Shown here: in pieces, positions 45,701 through 51,866 of the stretch
Numbering within the stretch: the stretch's first letter is position 1
Layout of the letters: the number at the start of each line of letters is the position of its first letter
NCBI RefSeq assembly: GCF_001194135.2
Contig: NC_068986.1
Location: forward strand, 5,686,996-5,738,861
Length of the DNA: 51,866 bases
Reading direction: 5' to 3'
From: Octopus bimaculoides
Lineage: Eukaryota
Made by a program: the position numbers and the translations under genes
The notes under the pieces: generated by a model
Database searches by the model: none
What the model was told of the DNA's origin: nothing
The model's input: only the letters and a program-made list of their open reading frames with translations

Positions 45701-46869
45701 GTTTATTTCTTGTACTTTGTCTTAATATTTATTTCCACTTTGAAGCAAAATTAAATGTACAAATATGACGGTGGATTAAACATAGGAGATTCGTGTTTTT
45801 CTTGTGCTCTTTGTTTTCAATATTCACATTAAAGTGTGAGCAGGTATTTGTTGTTCAATTCTATTGTAAATTTCGTATAATTATCTAACATTTTTTCCTT
45901 AATCATTCTGTCTTGAAGAAGTAAAAAAAGAAAAACATAATTCAAATAGCTTTTAAATGTTTTATAATATTGGTTTCTCATTTCTTAAGGAATACAGGTT
46001 TCTCTTACATTGCCCATGCTCATATAAAGGCATGAATTCAGCACTACAAAGTAGCAAAGTATTTCTTTAATCATGTATTATTAGACTAAAAGCCCTTTTC
46101 TGCCCTATGTCATATTTCTATTGAAGAAATTAAATAAAATGAATTAACTGCTGCTTCTATTGAAGAAATGAAGTAAAATGAATCAACTGCTTATCATTAA
46201 AGAAAGTGCTTCATGAGTTAGGCAGCAACCAGCTGTATTTATCATAGCCATCAACTCTAGTCTTTGGGTGTTCTCCAGCTCCTTGAGCCCTCATGAATAA
46301 GTCAGAGTAAGAAGCAACAAGATGGACCTGTCTATATATCTAGAATTTCAGTGCAGAGCAGTCCTTCCTTCCTTCCTTCCTTCCTTCCTTCCTTCCTTCC
46401 TCCCTCCCTCTTCTCTCTCTTTTTCTTTCTGTCTTTGGCTAAATTCCAGAACTGATATTTAGAATTTTTGTCTGGAAGTTAGTATTTACTGTTAACAAAC
46501 ATAAATTAATCTATTTTACTATCATGTGTAGAAAAGTCAACAAATGCAGCCATTGCTTTAATTTAATCTTATTCTACTTTGTGGGGAATTATGTATCAAA
46601 TAATTATTAAATTGTTATACTATTTTTTTTATATATTTATATAGACTTCTAATAACTGAACTTTCATTTGTCTGTTTTCATTTTCATGATTTCAGTTAGT
46701 TGAACAGTTGAAACCTGGTGGACGTATGGTAATCCCTGTGGGAGGTCAAGGAGAGAACCAAATGCTTCAGCAAATTGATAAAAATGAAGATGGATCAGTA
46801 ACAAAGAAAAATCACATGGGAGTAATTTATGTTCCACTGACAAGCAAAGAAAAGCAATGGCCAAAGTGA
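32579..46869 (+). CDS. PCMT1: Protein-L-isoaspartate(D-aspartate) O-methyltransferase, complete, 227 aa; join(32579..32633,42992..43128,43232..43336,45476..45688,46696..46869)
   Basis: 684-nt in-phase join with GT-AG introns: [28 protein letters not shown]...[22 protein letters not shown]...[14 protein letters not shown]...[23 protein letters not shown]...[13 protein letters not shown]...[15 protein letters not shown]. Confidence 0.97.
33900..35400 (-). mobile_element. Highly decayed CR1/L2-type LINE ORF2 remnant
   Basis: Only scattered motifs: [13 protein letters not shown] (resembles the EKA..LN.YF linker) and GVPQ. Confidence 0.3.
35760..35900 (-). mobile_element. Mariner N-terminal fragment, interrupted by a SINE
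   Basis: [27 protein letters not shown] resembles the mariner HTH start. Confidence 0.7.
35919..36148 (+). mobile_element. Full-length young tRNA-derived SINE (230 bp)
   Basis: Perfect 17-bp TSD ACACACCTTTCTAAGCA; GAGTTCAAATTCC B-box-like motif. Related pieces at 30450-30585 and 38010-38186. Confidence 0.9.
37932..38010 (+). repeat. (ATT)n microsatellite
   Basis: About 26 trinucleotide units with ATC interruptions. Confidence 0.95.
38188..38945. mobile_element. hAT-type fold-back MITE (758 bp) with about 219-bp internal inverted arms and a TTAGGG-rich loop
   Basis: TIRs GGATCTTTCTGATTTGGCGGGCGCCA / TGGCGTCCGCCAAATCAGAAAGATCC; 8-bp flanks GAAAGGAG / AAAAGGAT; arms 38318-38536 and 38599-38817. 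Confidence 0.9.
39411..39867. repeat. Inverted repeat (about 120-bp arms, 210-bp spacer) running into the assembly gap
   Basis: ATATTCTTAAGATTATAAACCTGGAA...AATATTGCAGC pairs with GCTGCAATATT...TTCCAGATTTATAATCTTAAGAATAT. Confidence 0.85.
39868..40251. other. Assembly gap (384 N) in PCMT1 intron 1
   Basis: Run of N. Confidence 1.
42992..43128 (+). CDS. PCMT1: PCMT1 exon 2
   Basis: tag|[45 protein letters not shown]|gtaagt. Confidence 0.95.
43232..43336 (+). CDS. PCMT1: PCMT1 exon 3 (SAM-binding motif I)
   Basis: tag|[35 protein letters not shown]|gtgagt. Confidence 0.95.
43387..43763 (+). mobile_element. Full-length tRNA-derived SINE in PCMT1 intron 3
   Basis: A-box TGGCTCAGTGGTT, B-box-like GGTTTTGATTCCC, (CAA)n tail, 11-bp TSD ATATTTTTCAA. 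Confidence 0.9.
45476..45688 (+). CDS. PCMT1: PCMT1 exon 4
   Basis: cag|[13 protein letters not shown]...[18 protein letters not shown]|gtaaga. Confidence 0.95.
46696..46869 (+). CDS. PCMT1: PCMT1 exon 5 (to first in-frame stop; alternative 3' splicing possible)
   Basis: cag|[16 protein letters not shown]...[13 protein letters not shown]; the stop overlaps a GTGAGT donor. Confidence 0.9.
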   Translation, partial: LVEQLKPGGRMVIPVGGQGENQMLQQIDKNEDGSVTKKNHMGVIYVPLTSKEKQWPK

Positions 46870-48828
46870 GTAATTCCTAAAAATTTATTTGGTGTATTTG
46901 ATTTTTCTGGTGGTATTATTCAAACTGAATTGCAAAAGTCAGTAATCATTTCTTTATTGTTATTAAAACAAACTAATATATTAAAGTAATGAAGCCAGAT
47001 GAATCTATGTTTGTTAGAACAGTAATGTGTATTTCATTTATCAAACTGATTTGAAAATTAAATGTGCAAAATACTGGTGCCTGGAACCAGAATGGCTGCC
47101 CTTGGGCTTATAGTTCTGATGACAGGAGGTTATCTTCAGTTTTCAAGACCTACAATGGATGAGAAATAAATCTCGTCTTGGATAGGATGTCCTAGGACTT
47201 TTCAAATAAGTGAAACCCAATATAACATGTCAAGAAACTTATTTTACAGTACTGCTGGTGCTTATAGGGGCAAATTGTTCCTATTCTTTACCTAATATTG
47301 TTTACCTAATATTAAATGTGATTGGTAATGGCAATAATTGCACCTTAAGAAAAATATCTCCTATTACCTCTACTTTACTTGTGCTACAGGAATTAAAGAT
47401 TTTAAAGGTGTCTGCTGTCCCACCCTTGGCATTGTAGACTGTATTGTATTTAAAAAAACATTTTTATTTGATTTGGATAAATATTGTGATATGATCACTG
47501 AAACAGAAAAGTAGTTCATTATTAATTTAAAATACTTGAATGTTCATTCTAGCAGTTTTGTGTCTGACAGTCATTCTTTTTACAGAACATCAGAATCTTT
47601 CTTGTAAGTTTGACCTGTTAAAAATAGCAGCCAAATCACCAACTTATATCCTACCATCGAAAAATTAAAATTAATGGTGTGTTGAATAATGTAGTTTTAG
47701 ACACCCTGCAAAAATAAGACAGGATAGTCAACACTGGAATATCTTTCATCATAGGTTTGCTCAGCTAAGGTTGATCTGGAGATAAACAACAAGTTGGACT
47801 TGAATACAGTTACAATGAAAGGAGTCATTGGTTATTGGAAGCATTGAGCAAATTGATCTGTTATCATATAAGAGTGTGTGTTTGTGTGTGGGTGGGCATG
47901 TGGGTCGTTTGAGCAGATATGTTACCCCAACTGTTAAGAGGAATCACGTAACAGTTTTCTCGATATGAAATTCTCCACATTCTTGTAAAAAAAGTAAAAA
48001 AACTGTGATGCCATTATTTGTGATAGTAGTTAAAAATGTTAACATTGAACAATGGTGTAATGAAGGAGCTTTTATTGTTGCATGATAAAATTAGAACAAA
48101 TAAATCTTGATATTGTTTGGTTCCATCACATAGCAGATATTTCTTGTCACTTAGAAAATGTTTGATTCAGTTTTCCAACTTGGAGGGCATTTCTCATATC
48201 TAAGTGCATTTCTGTTTTTTCTTTTTAAACATCAATATACCTGCCAGTCTTTTATATTTAGGATTGAAATTTTAGTCTCTTAAGAGCAGGGCCAGTGATT
48301 AAGTAGTTTCCTTTACCCCAGAATTGCATGAAACCTCAAGATATAATCAAACATCCACTGAGGCTGGTCACCATTACTATTTACATACACATAAAACTAT
48401 TTATACAATTTATTTTTATTTTCTTAATTTCTTGTATATTATCTGCTTTCATTGAAATTGAAATTCCATTTCTGTGAAACTGAATTTCAATGTAGGTGTC
48501 TTGTTATTGTGAATAATAGTACAGGATACAATTGTATATCACATTTCATTCATGTGTTTTTCTAGAAGACAACAAAACAGGAGTGCAGCATGCCATGACT
48601 GCAGCATGCCGTGACTGCAGCACTGCATTTGGCACCACCACCATAATTGTATAACAATAGGCAAAGTTATTTCAGACTATGACATTATATCAGTAATATA
48701 TAGCCATCATGACACATTTTTTTTTTGTCAACAAGAAACAAGTCTAATTATTCCAATAACATAGAATTCTGGATTTATGGAACTGATAAATTTTTTGAGA
48801 GCATTTTGAGCTTCTGTATGGGTGTTAA

Positions 48829-49049
48829 CCCTTTAGCATTTAAACCGGCCATATCCGGCCAAAAGTATTCTGCTTGTTTTATGTTCAAACTGGCCAAATC
48901 TGGTCTCTCATACCAACCCTACAATATCGTTTTAAAAATTAACAGCTACCTCATCAAAATCTCATAGCTACAAGATAATGCATGATTAGTTCAAAACAAT
49001 GTGGATGAAAAAGCATTAATTTTGGCAGAATAATGCAAACACTAAAGGG
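48829..49049 (-). mobile_element. piggyBac-type MITE, inverted relative to 15430-15649
   Basis: TTAA|CCCTTTAGCATT...CACTAAAGGG|TCAA. Confidence 0.75.
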
Positions 49050-49659
49050 TCAAAGACCGTTTATATTGAGATGCTTGATAAAATGGTAGTCAGTTGGAGA
49101 GTAAGCTGTTTTATAATTCACTTTAATTCCTGCAGTATCATTTGTAAGACATGTAGCTGGATGCTGTCATGGCGAAGAATTCGTTCTTTTCAGACCAAAT
49201 CTGGATATAAATGTTGCGGTTCTTTGTGCAATTTTTTAATTTGTTGGTAACAATTTTTTTTTTTTTTTTTTTTGCTGTGTTGATGGTTTTACCAGGATTC
49301 AAATAATAGTGGCAACCACCAGACAATTACCATAATCTTCTTTTGATGCAGCTTCAGTGTAGAAAAGTATATTTTAGTGCTTTACCTTGGACTAGCCACT
49401 GTGCAGAATACTAACATTTCTCATAAGGAATCCATTTTTATTGTACAAAAATAGTGCAGAACAAACTTATTGTGATATTTAAATTTAAAAAAAAAATTTG
49501 TCCTGCTTGTACAGCACACATTTGTGAAACTTTTTTAAACTTTTCATGTGAGGAAAAAGTTTAAAAAAAAGAAGTAAAACCTGTATTCTTCTGAAACCTT
49601 TGCAGTTATTTTGCATGGATTCTCTTCAGTGACAACCCTCAACTGATGTTCTGCTTGTT

Positions 49660-50035
49660 CTGAATATGCATATCTGTGTATGTACATGGTTCTGAATCTG
49701 TGTATCCTAGATGTAATTATATATATATTTGCACATAAACATATCTGTGTTTGTACGGTGTTAAATGTAAAGGTGAAAGTTATACCTTGCTTTAGTGTGG
49801 GTATGTGTATGTGTGTGTATATATTTATGATTATTTGCATATGTATGAATATATATGTGTCTATGCATATAGAAATCTGTGTGTATATGTATGTGCATAC
49901 ACACATATATGTATTTATTTATTCGTATATACACTTGTATCTATGTACCTACATAAGTGTTTATATAGATGAGTGCATGTGAGCATTGGCTGTCTACGTG
50001 TCTGTATGTATGCTTATATAAGATACACAAGTGAA

Positions 50036-50097
<62 letters not shown>

Positions 50098-50200
50098 TAT
50101 AAACACACACAGGTTCCCTTATGTAAATCCTTGTGTATAAAAAAATTTTTACATACAACTTTGCAAACTGTACACGTGTGTGTGTTTATGTATAGGTGAA
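49660..50200. repeat. Compound degenerate (TG)n/(TA)n/(CA)n low-complexity tract; similar tracts near 5008, 32940, 42700, 50570 and 51510
   Basis: Visible dinucleotide runs. Confidence 0.9.
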
Positions 50201-50567
50201 GAGGTTCACTTGCTAACCATGTGGGTTTGGATTCAGTTCTGTTGCATGGCATCTATTGTGGCCCCAGGCTGACTGAAGCCTTGTGAATGGATTTGGAAAC
50301 TAAAAGAAGCCTGACGTAATACCTGACATATAAGTCTTGACATGTTATGCAACTCTTTATAAACAAAAGGTTCATCTCTACAGTAGTTTGTTTCCAGTTC
50401 TCTGTGTAAATATGCCTGGTCTGTTGTTTGTTAGACTTGGAAATTATTATCTCACTCAAAAACAAGGGTTGGCAATGGAAAGGACAACCAGCTATAGAAA
50501 AGCCTGCCTCAACATAGTCTTGTCTAACCCAAGCAAGCATGGAAAAGTAAATGTTAAAATGATGATA

Positions 50568-50614
<47 letters not shown>

Positions 50615-50618
<4 letters not shown>

Positions 50619-50860
50619 CATCCACTCATGACTGAGGAAGACCATTGCTGACCTTTAGGAAGATTGTGTGCTCTAGGACTAACTTATATTTTGCATTTGC
50701 AGCTCCATTGGTGGCTAATGAGCCCTGCTCTTGACAAGCATACACAACTGCAAACTTTGCAAACTAAGCTTTCCCCATTCACTACACCAGCAGTGTGCTT
50801 TTGAGCAGCATGCTTAAATTCTTCATGCAGAATATGTGCTCTCTTAAATATGTCGACCCC
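50615..50860 (-). mobile_element. RTE (BovB-like) LINE 3' end
   Basis: LVCKVCSCVCLSRAGLISHQWSC matches the C-terminal C..C...C.SR.GL.SH..C zinc finger of RTE ORFs. Confidence 0.65.
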
Positions 50861-51109
50861 CCCCCCTAACTTGCTTCCTCCATCTGTGGCGATGTCAGGC
50901 ATTGCTCCCCCAGTCGGTCTCCTACATATCGCAGGCCTTTAATGAAGACTTGGCACAGTCCTTAAAGGGGTATGTGGTTTATGAGAAAATCTGCCCATGT
51001 CAATAAAACTTGACTTCTGGCAGTGCTCAGTGTGTGTACGTACACACATGCACAACTGGTCCCTTTGCCCAATTTCTTTTCTCTGCAAGACACCCACCTC
51101 TACCACTAC

Positions 51110-51430
51110 CAGTGAAGGCACATTGCTTAATGGTTAGGGTATTCAGCTGACAATTGTAAGGTCATATGTTCAATTCCTGGTGGTACATTGTGTCCTTGAG
51201 CAAGACACTTTATTTCTCGTTGCTCCAGTCCACTCAGCTGGCAAAAGTAAGTTGTACCTGTAATTCAAAGGGCTGACTTGGTCCCATTCTGTGTCATGCT
51301 GAATCTTCCTGAGAATTATACTAACAGGTGTGTGGTCTGTAGAGTACTCAGCCACTTGCAAGTTCATTTCACATGCAGGTTGTTCAGATGATTGAGTCAT
51401 TTGGCTCACCCGTCATCATAACCAACAGAG
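51110..51430 (+). mobile_element. tRNA-derived SINE, degenerate
   Basis: Head GGCACATTGCTTAATGGTTAGGG...GTTCAATTCC; tail shared with 43387-43763. Confidence 0.7.
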
Positions 51431-51633
51431 AGCCAAGACACCACCCATCATCTTCCTTGATACCACTTTTCTTACAACTCCAAACCACTTTACATGTTAT
51501 CCATCCTATATCCATTTATATTTGTTTGTATCGGTGTGTCTGTATATATAACTATATATTTGTGTGTGTGTATGTTTATGTAAATGTGTTTGTATGCTTA
51601 TGTATATGTGCGTGTACATGTGTGAGTGTGTAT

Positions 51634-51866
51634 ATCATCATCATCATCATCATCGTTTAACGTCCGCTTTCCATGCTAGCATGGGTTGGACGATTTGACT
51701 GAGGACTGGTGAAACCGGATGGCAACACCAGGCTCCAGTCTGATTTGGCAGAGTTTCTACAGCTGGATGCCCTTCCTAACGCCAACCACTCAGAGAGTAT
51801 AGTGGGTGCTTTTACGTGTCACCCGCACGAAAACGGCCACGCTCGAAATGGTGTCTTTTATGTGCC
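51634..51866 (-). mobile_element. RTE 3' tail copy, inverted, cut by the window edge
   Basis: Reverse complement of 3-229 with few differences. Confidence 0.85.

Noticed and set aside
46870-51600. A KDEL/RDEL-encoding terminal exon for PCMT1
   Set aside because: Scanned by eye for acceptor plus GAY-GAR-Leu-stop in phase; none found.
1-51866. CRISPR array, rRNA, snoRNA or prokaryotic/viral insert
   Set aside because: No regularly spaced repeat-spacer array, rRNA-like sequence, confident box C/D or H/ACA RNA, or dense intronless ORF block was seen.

Overview
AT-rich, repeat-dense animal genomic DNA. The repeat families (RTE tails ending in (GAT)n, tRNA-derived SINEs) suggest an octopus or other coleoid; this is an inference from recalled repeat sequences. 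Three spliced genes can be reconstructed by hand with GT-AG junctions and consistent phases. PRPF19 is on the minus strand (7 coding exons, 7898 to 944) and continues off the left edge. Trans-3-hydroxy-L-proline dehydratase L3HYPDH is on the minus strand, complete (5 exons, 354 aa). PCMT1 is on the plus strand, complete (5 exons, 227 aa). The rest is TE debris: RTE, CRE-like and HERO-like non-LTR fragments, SINEs, a deleted Gypsy element, two solo LTR candidates, mariner and Chapaev3-like fossils, and hAT- and piggyBac-type MITEs. There is one 384-N gap. The most notable observations are: (1) a Gypsy remnant whose primer-binding site is a 42-nt copy of the whole 3' half of mature tRNA-Trp, fused directly into the integrase core; (2) possible dual-targeting features at both ends of PCMT1; (3) a hAT MITE family with swappable fold-back cores, one capped by TTAGGG repeats, plus extreme deletion derivatives. 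No CRISPR array, rRNA or intact tRNA gene was seen. All coordinates and comparisons were read by eye.
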